A DNA stretch of 43,496 bases. Source: Gaiellaceae bacterium (GTDB lineage Bacteria; Actinomycetota; Thermoleophilia; Gaiellales; Gaiellaceae). The position numbers were made by a program, and so were the translations under genes. Location of the stretch: positions 1 through 43,496 of the forward strand of contig DASTYD010000149.1 of the NCBI GenBank assembly GCA_035765175.1, in the 5' to 3' direction. The notes under the pieces are model-generated. The model ran no database searches and was not told the origin of the DNA. It was given only the letters and a program-made list of their open reading frames with translations. Below are positions 24,513 through 32,719 of the stretch, one piece after another (position 1 is the stretch's first letter; every line of letters starts with the position of its first letter).

Positions 24513-26023
24513 TGCCGGAGCCACTCCCTGCCGTCGCGCTGGATCAGCTCGTCCGCCGCGGCCGGGCCCCAGGTCCCGGCGGCGTAGTTCGGGAACGCGG
24601 GCCGGTCGCGGGCCCAGCCGGCGACGATCGCGTCGACGATCGACCACTGCTCCTCGACCTCGTCCGAACGCGTGAACAACGTCTGGTCGCCCAGCATCGC
24701 GTCGAGGATGAGGCGCTCGTACGCGTCGGGCAGCTCCACGCGGAAGGCGCCGCCGTACATGAAGTCCATGTGGACGGTGCGGATGCGCATCCCCTGGCCC
24801 GGCACCTTGGCGCCGATCGCGAGCGACACGCCTTCGTCGGGCTGCACGTGGACGAGCAGGAGGTTCGGCTGGAGCTCCTCGGTCGCAGAGTCCTCGAACG
24901 GCGGATGCGGCGCGCGCTGGAACTGGATTGCGATCGTCGTCTCGCGGCGCGCCAGGGATTTGCCGGTGCGGACGTAGATCGGCGTGTCGGCCCAGCGCCA
25001 GTTGTCCACGAACAGCTTCGCGGCCACGTAGGTCTCGATCATCGACTGCGGGTCGACGTCGTCCTCGTCGCGATAGCCGGGCGCCTCCGTGCCCTCGACG
25101 AAGCCGGGTCCGTACTGGCCGCGGACGACGTTCTTCGGCCCCGGCGTGCGCATCGCCTTCAGCACCTTGACCTTCTCGTTGCGCACCGAGTCGGCGGTGA
25201 AGTCGATCGGCGGCTCCATCGCGGTCAGCGCGACGAGCTGGAGCATGTGGTTCTGGAAGATGTCTCGGATCGCGCCCGCCTGCTCGTAGTAGGCGGCGCG
25301 GCCTTCGACTCCCAGCGTCTCGGCGACTGTGATCTGGATGTGGTCGATGAACTGGCGGCTCCAGATCGGCTCGAAGATGCCGTTCGCGAAGCGGAGCGCG
25401 AGCATGTTCTGGACGGTCTCTTTTCCAAGGTAGTGGTCGATGCGGAAGACCTCTTCCTCGGCGAACGAGCCGCCGATCAGGCCGGTCAGCTCCCGCGCGG
25501 AGGCGAGGTCGTGGCCGAACGGCTTCTCGACGATGAGCCGCGTCCAGCCCTCGGTCTTTCGGCGCTCGCCGAGCTCCCTGACGATGGTCGGCATCGCCTG
25601 CGGCGGTACGGCGAGGTAGTAGACGCGGTTGCCTCGTGTGCCTCGCCCTTCGTCGAGCTCTGTCAGGAGGTCGCTCAGCTTGTCCTCCCGAGACTCGTTC
25701 GCGAAGTCCATCGAGACGTAGCGGGTGGCATCGGCGAGCCCGTCCCAGACCTCCTGCTCGAAGTCGTCGCGGCCGAATTCGCGGACGGCGTGCTCCATTC
25801 GGTCTCGGTACTCGTCGTCGCTCAAGTCCGAGCGCGCGGCGCCGACGACCGCGAACCGCTCCGGCAGCAGCCGCCGGTAGGCGAGCGCGTAGAGGGCCGG
25901 GAAGATCTTCCGTCGCGTCAGGTCGCCGGACGCGCCGAAGATGACGAGCACGCACGGCTCGGGCGTCCTCCGCGGCCCGAGCCCCTCGAGCAGCGGATTC
26001 TCGGCGACCTGAGTCTCGGTCAT
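24509..26023 (-). CDS. zwf: Glucose-6-phosphate 1-dehydrogenase
   Basis: FGASGDLTRRKIFPALY dinucleotide motif, RIDHYLGKE active-site motif and EKPFG, in a 504-aa protein. Confidence 0.95.
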   Translation of the reverse strand: MTETQVAENPLLEGLGPRRTPEPCVLVIFGASGDLTRRKIFPALYALAYRRLLPERFAVVGAARSDLSDDEYRDRMEHAVREFGRDDFEQEVWDGLADATRYVSMDFANESREDKLSDLLTELDEGRGTRGNRVYYLAVPPQAMPTIVRELGERRKTEGWTRLIVEKPFGHDLASARELTGLIGGSFAEEEVFRIDHYLGKETVQNMLALRFANGIFEPIWSRQFIDHIQITVAETLGVEGRAAYYEQAGAIRDIFQNHMLQLVALTAMEPPIDFTADSVRNEKVKVLKAMRTPGPKNVVRGQYGPGFVEGTEAPGYRDEDDVDPQSMIETYVAAKLFVDNWRWADTPIYVRTGKSLARRETTIAIQFQRAPHPPFEDSATEELQPNLLLVHVQPDEGVSLAIGAKVPGQGMRIRTVHMDFMYGGAFRVELPDAYERLILDAMLGDQTLFTRSDEVEEQWSIVDAIVAGWARDRPAFPNYAAGTWGPAAADELIQRDGREWLRH

Positions 26024-26031
26024 GCGGGACC

Positions 26032-26147
26032 TGTCAGGTGCCTGGCACCGGCCCTCTCGAGGAGTCGGCCAGCAAGGGCTTGGTTACGGGAGTTCGCCGA
26101 AGATGGACCTGGCTCGCGGAGTCGGTACTGGTGCCAGGCACCTGACA
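26032..26147 (-). promoter_or_regulatory. 18-bp perfect inverted repeat bracketing the gnd-zwf spacer (candidate RNA stem or paired operator)
   Basis: tgtcaggtgcctggcacc (26032-26049) is the exact reverse complement of ggtgccaggcacctgaca (26130-26147), with an 80-nt spacer. Each arm contains the sub-palindrome GGTGCC-N-GGCACC. On the mRNA strand the 3' arm ends 8 nt before the zwf AUG. Confidence 0.6.
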
Positions 26148-26156
26148 TGGCTCGGT

Positions 26157-27029
26157 TCATTGCTTCTTCTTCACCGGATGGCCGCCGAACTCGGCTCGGA
26201 GGATGGCGTTGATCTTGGCCGCATAGGACTCGTCCTGGCGAGACGCGAAGCGCGCATAGAGGGCGGCGGTGATCACGGGCAGCGGCACCGCCGCGTTGAC
26301 GGCTTCCTCCACGGTCCAACGCCCTTCGCCGGAGTCCTCGACGTAGTCGGAGATGTCGTCGAGCTCGCCCCCGTGCTTGGCGAGCGCGTCGTGCAAGAGC
26401 TCGATGAGCCACGAGCGGACGACCGAGCCGTAGCGCCAGATCCCCGAGATCTGCTCGAAGTCGAGGTCGAACTCCGAGGCGCGCATGAGGTCGAAGCCCT
26501 CGGCGTAGGCCTGCATCAAGCCGTACTCGATCCCGTTGTGAACCATCTTCACGAAGTGCCCCGCGCCAGACGGGCCGACGTGCGCCCAGCCGCCGGGCGG
26601 GGCGAGCGTCTCGAGGGCCGGTTGAAGCAGCCCAACGCCCCGGTCGGGCCCACCAGCCATCAGGCAGAAGCCCTCCTGCAACCCCCAGATTCCGCCGGAC
26701 ACGCCCACGTCGAGAAACTCGATCCCCCTCTCGGCGGCCTCCTCGTTCCGCCGTTGCGAATCGTGGAAGTTCGAGTTGCCGCCGTCGACGAGCACGTCGC
26801 CGCTCTCGAGAATCCCGAGCAGCTCCCGCGTCGTGTCCTCGGTGATCTTGCCCGCCGGGATCATCATCCAGACGACGCGCGGGGACTCGAGCTGCGACGC
26901 GAGGTCCTCGAGCGACGACGCGGTCGACTCCACCTGTGGGTCGTACGTCATCACCTCGTGCCCACCCTGGCGCAGGCGCTCCGTCATCCCCGAGCCCATG
27001 CGTCCCAGACCGACCATCCCGAGCTTCAC
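26157..27029 (-). CDS. gnd: 6-phosphogluconate dehydrogenase (decarboxylating), short ~290-aa type
   Basis: GMVGLGRMG Rossmann motif and GAGHFVKMVHNGIEYG signature. The GTG at 27029 follows GGAGGA and overlaps the pgi stop (GTGA). Confidence 0.9.
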   Translation of the reverse strand: MKLGMVGLGRMGSGMTERLRQGGHEVMTYDPQVESTASSLEDLASQLESPRVVWMMIPAGKITEDTTRELLGILESGDVLVDGGNSNFHDSQRRNEEAAERGIEFLDVGVSGGIWGLQEGFCLMAGGPDRGVGLLQPALETLAPPGGWAHVGPSGAGHFVKMVHNGIEYGLMQAYAEGFDLMRASEFDLDFEQISGIWRYGSVVRSWLIELLHDALAKHGGELDDISDYVEDSGEGRWTVEEAVNAAVPLPVITAALYARFASRQDESYAAKINAILRAEFGGHPVKKKQ

Positions 27030-28378
27030 AGGTCCTCCAGTCTCACACGGCACACCGTCCGTCCGCGCTCCTTCAGCGATTCCAAATCACCCGCGGCCTG
27101 GGCAGAGATGAGCTGCCTGAACCCGAACCGGCGACCGGGAATCCCAAGCTCCTCACCGAGGTCGTCGACGACCTGGATCGCGAGCACGGTGTTCGGGCCT
27201 CCCTTGTGCAGCTGGCCGGTCGAATGCAGATAGCGCGGACCGAGGCCCTTGGTGACCACACACCCGGTCTCGCGCGCCCGCATGACCAGCGGGTCGAGGT
27301 CCCCCTCGCGCGCGGGGTCGATGAACGCCTGGATCGCGATGTACTGAGGGGGCTCTGCCTGCGCAAGTAGATCGTCGAGCGACCCTTCTGGACCTGGCTG
27401 AGGGACGGTCCCTTGTGACAGAAGGGCGTTCGTCTTGTCCTTGGCGGCCTGCACGTCCGGCTGGTCGAACGGATTGATGCCGAGGATCGAGCCTGCGACC
27501 GCGGTGGCGAACTCCCACCTGTAGAACTCTGCGCCGACGTCATACGGGTCGTCGAGCCGGACACGCCCAAGCTGGCGGTCCGGCCCACCGCCAGGATCCT
27601 CACCCGGAGCGGGTACTACGCCTTTTCCCTGCTTGCCCGTCGACTCCGCGAGCAGCTGCTCCGCCCAGAGCCCGAACCCGACCGGGCTCTCTTCGATACA
27701 GACCTTGTCGCGGCCCTCGCTCCAGTTCTCGCCGAGCTCGGCGCCGAACTGAAAGCCGGGGTTCTCTTCACCGAGCCGGCACCAGCCGGCCATCGCGTCT
27801 GCGCGCTCGAGGATCGCTTGCACGTCGAGGTCGACGAGCGCCGCCGGAACCATTCCGAACGGCGACAGCGCCGAGTACCGCCCGCCGATCGTCGGCTCGC
27901 CGTTGACGACCCAGACGAAGTCGTGCGCCCTGGCGAATTGCTCGAGCTCGGTGTCGGGATCGGTGATCGCCGCGAAGCGGTTCTCGCCACCGCTGCGCTT
28001 CATGAAGTAGTCGAGCTGAGAGCGGGTCTCGAGCGTCGTCCCCGACTTGGACGCGGCGACGAAGAGCGTCCGACCGACAACGTCGAGCCGCTCCTCGAGG
28101 CGCCGAATCGCGGACGGGTGGGTCGTGTCGAGCACGTGCAGCGTCTCGACCGCGAACGTGCGTCGGATCACCTCCGGCGCGAGGCTCGACCCGCCCATCC
28201 CGAGCAGGACGATGTCCTCGTATTCGCGGTCGAGGCTCTCGAGCTCCTCGACGCGCTCGAGCATCCGGCCCGGCTCGTCGAGCCACCCGAGCCACTTCGC
28301 CTCATCGGTGCCCGTCCAGATCGTCGGGTCGCGGGCCCAGATCCTGTCGACGAGCTCGACGGGCTCGAGCGCGGTCAT
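27026..28378 (-). CDS. pgi: Glucose-6-phosphate isomerase (short bacterial type)
   Basis: LGMGGSSLAPE, SKSGTTLET and IGGRYSALS motifs. 450 aa. ATGA overlap with the upstream hydrolase gene. The N-terminal 231 aa of the track ORF were discarded. Confidence 0.9.
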   Translation of the reverse strand: MTALEPVELVDRIWARDPTIWTGTDEAKWLGWLDEPGRMLERVEELESLDREYEDIVLLGMGGSSLAPEVIRRTFAVETLHVLDTTHPSAIRRLEERLDVVGRTLFVAASKSGTTLETRSQLDYFMKRSGGENRFAAITDPDTELEQFARAHDFVWVVNGEPTIGGRYSALSPFGMVPAALVDLDVQAILERADAMAGWCRLGEENPGFQFGAELGENWSEGRDKVCIEESPVGFGLWAEQLLAESTGKQGKGVVPAPGEDPGGGPDRQLGRVRLDDPYDVGAEFYRWEFATAVAGSILGINPFDQPDVQAAKDKTNALLSQGTVPQPGPEGSLDDLLAQAEPPQYIAIQAFIDPAREGDLDPLVMRARETGCVVTKGLGPRYLHSTGQLHKGGPNTVLAIQVVDDLGEELGIPGRRFGFRQLISAQAAGDLESLKERGRTVCRVRLEDL

Positions 28379-29151
28379 GACAGAAAGTCGAGGACGAGGC
28401 GGTCGAACTCGTCCGGCCGCTCCATGCTCGGCACGTGCGCGACGCCGGCCATCGTCTCGCGCCGCGCATTCGGGATCTCGGCTTCGAGCCGTCCTGCAAT
28501 CTCGAGCATCTCCGGCCGGTCGAGGTCCCCGACGATGACGAGCGTCGGGACCGCGATCTCTGCGAGCCGGTCGCCCCAGTCTTCCGCGAGCGGTTGCGGC
28601 TCGCCGTCTTCGCCCGCTTCGAGATAGATCTCGATCGCACGCCGCTGCATCTCGCCCACCTTCGAACGCACCTCCGGATCGACCTCGCCCGGCGAGCGAG
28701 ACGGGCCGTCCACCCACATGCGCAGGTTGACCTCGACCGCCTCGTCGACGTCGCCGCGCTCGAGGGCTGCATCTTCTTCTTCCCAACCCGCCTTCGTCTC
28801 CTCGTTCATCTCGAACCCGCGCAGTCCCGGGGCGACGAGCACGAGCCGCGACACGAGCTCGGGCCGCGCGATGGCAACCTCCATGGCGACGGACCCGCCA
28901 AGCGAGACTCCCACGAGCGCGGCGGGCCCCAGCCGGAGCTCGTCTAACAGCTGAGCCACGTCGCCGGCCCACGAGAACGTCCCGACGGCGGCGGGCGACT
29001 GGCCGAAGCCGCGCAGGTCGAGGCGCACCACCCGGAACTGCTCCGAGTACGGCCTCCACTGCGGCTCCCACATACGACTGTCGGCGATTCCCTCGTGCAC
29101 AAGGACGACGGGCGGCCCTTCACCCGCCTGCTCCCAGTACAGGTCAGTCAC
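28375..29151 (-). CDS. Alpha/beta-fold hydrolase embedded in the pentose-phosphate operon
   Basis: 258 aa. Nucleophile elbow GVSLGG (GxSxG), acid VIVGDLD, and His in GVAHVPSMERPDEF. The GTG start overlaps the tal stop (GTGA) and the stop overlaps the pgi start (ATGA). Confidence 0.85.
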   Translation of the reverse strand: MTDLYWEQAGEGPPVVLVHEGIADSRMWEPQWRPYSEQFRVVRLDLRGFGQSPAAVGTFSWAGDVAQLLDELRLGPAALVGVSLGGSVAMEVAIARPELVSRLVLVAPGLRGFEMNEETKAGWEEEDAALERGDVDEAVEVNLRMWVDGPSRSPGEVDPEVRSKVGEMQRRAIEIYLEAGEDGEPQPLAEDWGDRLAEIAVPTLVIVGDLDRPEMLEIAGRLEAEIPNARRETMAGVAHVPSMERPDEFDRLVLDFLS

Positions 29152-30251
29152 GCCGGAGCAAGCTGGCCGCGCTTCGCCTCGATGCCCTCGAGCAGCTCCG
29201 TAAAGGAGTCGATGAACTTCTGGACGCCCTCTCGCTCGAGCGTCTCGGTCACGTCGTCGTAGTCGACGCCGGCGGCTTCGACCTGCTCGAAGACCTGCTT
29301 CGCCTCGTCGATGCCCTCTTCCAGGGTGAGCGCGACCTCTCCGTGGTCCTGGAAGGCTTCGATCGTCTCGCGCGGCATCGTGTTCACGGTGCCGGGCCCG
29401 ATCAGATCCTCGACGTAGAGCACGTCGCGGTACTCCGGGTTCTTCGTCGAGGTAGACGCCCAGAGGCACCACTGCGGAGTCGCGCCTTTCGCCGCGAGGG
29501 CCTCCCAGCGCTCCCCGGAGAACTTCTCCTCGTAGTTCTGGTACGCGAGCTTCGCGTTCGCGACTGCAAGCTTGCCCTTCAGCTCCGGGTGCCCGGCCCC
29601 GTCGAGCCGCCGGTCGGCCTCCGTGTCGACCCGCGAGACGAAGTAGCTGGCGACCGAGCCGACGTTCGCCGGATCGCCGCCCGCCTCGACGAGCCGCTCG
29701 AGCCCGCGGATATACGCCTCGGCTACCTCCATGTGCCGCTCGAGCGAGAAGATCAGCGTCACGTTGATGTTGCGACCGCGCGCGATCATCTCCTCGATCG
29801 CCGGCAGCCCGGGCTTCGTCGCCGGGATCTTCACGTAGAGGTTCGGGCGCTCGACCCAGTCGTGGAAGCGCGCCGCCTCCTCGATCGTCGCGTCGGTCTC
29901 GTAGGCGAGGTTCGGGTCGACCTCCATCGAGATGTAGCCGTCCTTCCCCTTGCCGCCGTCCCAGACGGAGCGGAAGAGGTCGCACGCCTCCTCGATGTCG
30001 GCGATCGCGAGCTGGAGGAAGGTCTCCTTGAGGTCGTCCTCATGCTCGAGCACCTCGCGGAGCTGGTCGTCGTACCACTCGCCCTCGGCCATCGCCTTCT
30101 GGAAAATCGTCGGGTTCGAGGTGACGCCTGTGAGGGCGTCCTCTTCCATCCACTTCGCAAGCGAGCCGGTCTTCAGCCAGCCGCGCGAGAGCGAGTCGAT
30201 CCAGACCGACTGGCCGAGCCCTGCGATCTGATGCAAACGTGATTCACCCAT
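29148..30251 (-). CDS. tal: Transaldolase (long actinobacterial type)
   Basis: GVTSNPTIF and the Schiff-base Lys context YVKIPAT, in a 367-aa protein. Confidence 0.93.
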   Translation of the reverse strand: MGESRLHQIAGLGQSVWIDSLSRGWLKTGSLAKWMEEDALTGVTSNPTIFQKAMAEGEWYDDQLREVLEHEDDLKETFLQLAIADIEEACDLFRSVWDGGKGKDGYISMEVDPNLAYETDATIEEAARFHDWVERPNLYVKIPATKPGLPAIEEMIARGRNINVTLIFSLERHMEVAEAYIRGLERLVEAGGDPANVGSVASYFVSRVDTEADRRLDGAGHPELKGKLAVANAKLAYQNYEEKFSGERWEALAAKGATPQWCLWASTSTKNPEYRDVLYVEDLIGPGTVNTMPRETIEAFQDHGEVALTLEEGIDEAKQVFEQVEAAGVDYDDVTETLEREGVQKFIDSFTELLEGIEAKRGQLAPA

Positions 30252-30696
30252 GTGCTTTCTCTAGTTCCTCGATCTTCTCCAATCTACGCACATACCGGTC
30301 TCCTCCGTCGAACTTCGCTTCCAGGAAGGTGCGAACGAGCTCGGCGGCGAGCTCCGCGCCGATCACCTCGGAGCCGATGCAGAGGACGTTCATGTCGTCG
30401 TGCTCGACGCCCTGGTGCGCCGAGTACGTGTCGTGGCACGTCGCGGCGCGGATGCCCGCGAGCTTGCTGGCGGCGATCGACGCGCCAACCCCGGAGCCGC
30501 AGACGAGGACACCACGGTCCGCGCCGCCCGACTGGATCGCCTCGCCGACCTCGCGGGCCTTGTCCGGATAGTCGATCTTCGGCTCCGGCGCGTCCGTGCC
30601 GAAGTCGACCGTCTCGTGCCCCAGCGCCTCGACCTCCTCGAGGACGCGCGCGCGCAGCTTGACCCCGCGATGGTCGAAGGCGACCGCAACCCGCAT
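30244..30696 (-). CDS. rpiB: Ribose-5-phosphate isomerase B
   Basis: 150 aa. MRVAVAFDHRG, VLVCGSGVGASIAASK (catalytic Cys) and the HDDMNVLC motif. Overlaps the tal start by 8 nt. Confidence 0.92.
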   Translation of the reverse strand: MRVAVAFDHRGVKLRARVLEEVEALGHETVDFGTDAPEPKIDYPDKAREVGEAIQSGGADRGVLVCGSGVGASIAASKLAGIRAATCHDTYSAHQGVEHDDMNVLCIGSEVIGAELAAELVRTFLEAKFDGGDRYVRRLEKIEELEKAHG

Positions 30697-30717
30697 CGAG
30701 AAGTTACGTTACCTGGG

Positions 30718-32577
30718 ATGGAAGGCCCGGAACTCTGGCGTGAGCTAGGCCAGCAGCTGCGCGTCGACTCGGTGCGCGCCGCGGCGGTCACGAGCTCGGG
30801 GCACCCGACGTCGTCCATGTCGGGGGCCGACCTCATGGCGGTGCTGCTCGCGAAGCACCTCCACTACGACTTCGAAAACCCCGACGACCCGCGGAACGAC
30901 CACCTGGTCTTTTCGAAGGGCCACGCGTCGCCGCTCCTGTACGCGATGTACAAGGCAGCCGGCGCGATCACCGACGAGGAGCTTCTGACCTTCCGCAAGT
31001 TCGGGAGCCGCTTGGAAGGCCACCCGACCCCGGTGCTCCCATGGGTCGACGTCGCGACGGGCTCGCTCGGCCAGGGACTGCCTTACGGCGTCGGGATCGC
31101 GCTCGCCGGGAAGCGGCTCGACCGGTTGCCGTACACGACCTGGGTGCTCTGCGGTGACAGCGAGATCGCCGAGGGCTCGGTGTGGGAGGCCTTCGAGCAC
31201 GCGGCCTACGAGCGGCTCGACAACCTGACGGCGATCATCGACGTCAACCGGCTCGGGCAGCGCGGCGAGACGATGCACGGCTGGGACCTCGACTCGTATG
31301 CGAGCCGGGCCGAGGCTTTCGGCTGGCATGCGATCGAGATCGACGGTCACGATGTCGAGGCGATCGACCGCGCCTACACGGAGGCGGCCGGCACCACGGG
31401 TGTCCCGACCGTGATCGTCGCGAAGACGATCAAGGGCAAGGGCGTGACGGAGGTCGAGAACAAGGACGGTTTCCACGGCAAGGCACTGCCGGAGCCGGAA
31501 AAGGCGATCGAGGAGCTCGGCGGCATCCGCAACATCACGGTCGAGGTATCCAAGCCGGAGATCGAGGGCGAACCGCACGTGTTCGAGTCGTCCGGCACGG
31601 TCGAGCTCCCGACGTACGAGGTGGGCGACGAGGTGGCGACGCGCAAGGCGTACGGCGACGCGCTGAAGGCGATCGGCGACGGTCGCGGTGACGTCGTCGC
31701 GCTCGACGGCGAGGTCTCGAACTCGACCTACGCGGAGATCTTCGCCGCTGCTCACCCGGACCGGTACTTCGAGATGTTCATCGCAGAGCAGCAGATGGTC
31801 GCGGCGGCGGTCGGAATCCAGGTGCGCAAATGGAAGCCCTTCGCGTCGACGTTCGCGGCGTTCTTCACGCGCGCGTACGACTTCGTCCGGATGGCCGCGA
31901 TCAGCAGGGCGAACATCAAGCTCTGCGGCTCGCACGCGGGCGTCTCGATCGGCGAGGACGGGCCTTCGCAGATGGCGCTCGAGGATCTCGCCACTTTCCG
32001 CGCAGTGCACAGCTCGACGGTGCTCTACCCGAGCGACGCCAACCAGGCCGCGAAGCTCGTGGAAGCGATGGTCGACCTCGACGGCATTTCCTTCCTGCGC
32101 ACGACCCGCGCCGAGACGCCGGTCATCTACGAGGCGGGCGAGGACTTTCCCGTCGGCGGGGCCAAGGTCGTGCGGTCGTCGGACGACGACGAAGTGACGC
32201 TGATCGGAGCCGGGATCACGTTGCACGAGGCCCTGAAGGCCGCAGACTCGCTGGCGAGCGAAGGGGTGAGCGCACGCGTGATCGACCTCTACTCGGTGAA
32301 GCCGGTGGACGGCGAGACGCTGCGCGCGGCAGCCGAGGCGACCGGGGGCCGGTTCGTCGTCGCCGAGGACCACTGGCCCGAGGGCGGCCTGGGCGAGGCG
32401 GTCCTGTCGGCGTTCGCCGACTCCGATGAGAGCCCGAGAGTCGTCCACCTCGCGGTGCGCGAGATGCCGGGCTCGGGCAAGCCGGCCGAGCTTCTTGCAG
32501 CTGCCGGGATCGACGCGGAGCACATCGCGAGCGCGGCGCGTCAGCTCGTCGCGAGCACCGTCGGCGCAGCCAACTGA
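30718..32577 (+). CDS. tkt: Transketolase (~620-aa, mammalian-like short type)
   Basis: SGHPTSS, VFSKGHASPLLYA, GSLGQGL, GDSEIAEGSVWEA and NRLGQRG thiamine-diphosphate motifs. ATG at 30718. The upstream 106 codons of the track ORF overlap rpiB and were discarded. Confidence 0.93.
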   Translation: MEGPELWRELGQQLRVDSVRAAAVTSSGHPTSSMSGADLMAVLLAKHLHYDFENPDDPRNDHLVFSKGHASPLLYAMYKAAGAITDEELLTFRKFGSRLEGHPTPVLPWVDVATGSLGQGLPYGVGIALAGKRLDRLPYTTWVLCGDSEIAEGSVWEAFEHAAYERLDNLTAIIDVNRLGQRGETMHGWDLDSYASRAEAFGWHAIEIDGHDVEAIDRAYTEAAGTTGVPTVIVAKTIKGKGVTEVENKDGFHGKALPEPEKAIEELGGIRNITVEVSKPEIEGEPHVFESSGTVELPTYEVGDEVATRKAYGDALKAIGDGRGDVVALDGEVSNSTYAEIFAAAHPDRYFEMFIAEQQMVAAAVGIQVRKWKPFASTFAAFFTRAYDFVRMAAISRANIKLCGSHAGVSIGEDGPSQMALEDLATFRAVHSSTVLYPSDANQAAKLVEAMVDLDGISFLRTTRAETPVIYEAGEDFPVGGAKVVRSSDDDEVTLIGAGITLHEALKAADSLASEGVSARVIDLYSVKPVDGETLRAAAEATGGRFVVAEDHWPEGGLGEAVLSAFADSDESPRVVHLAVREMPGSGKPAELLAAAGIDAEHIASAARQLVASTVGAAN

Positions 32578-32603
32578 GCCCGCCGCCCGACTCCTAGGTA
32601 CAT

Positions 32604-32619
32604 CCCCACCCGGGTGGGG
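32604..32619 (+). terminator. GC-rich palindrome downstream of tkt
   Basis: ccccacccgggtgggg is a perfect 16-nt palindrome 27 nt after the tkt stop. There is no T-tract, so factor-independent termination is uncertain. Confidence 0.4.
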
Positions 32620-32719
32620 AGAAGTCCACCCGCCACCCGCTGTGAGCGTATCGCCGGCCGCGTGACGACGCTGAGGCGGAAGTGAGCCGATTCTGCGCCG
32701 GCTCCTGGGTATCTACGCT

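Noticed and set aside
23631-25955. Over-long track ORFs whose 5' parts overlap a neighbouring real gene: 23631-25955, 27026-29071, 28375-29985, 9074-10336, 9604-10737, 10382-11662, 20076-21650, 20447-20857, 21890-23242, 30400-32577, 11353-13788, 42624-43391.
   Set aside because: In each case only the 3' part has recognisable motifs. A start codon with ATGA/GTGA/TGATG coupling or an SD marks the true start. The upstream part is R/P/A-rich and out of frame with a well-supported neighbour.
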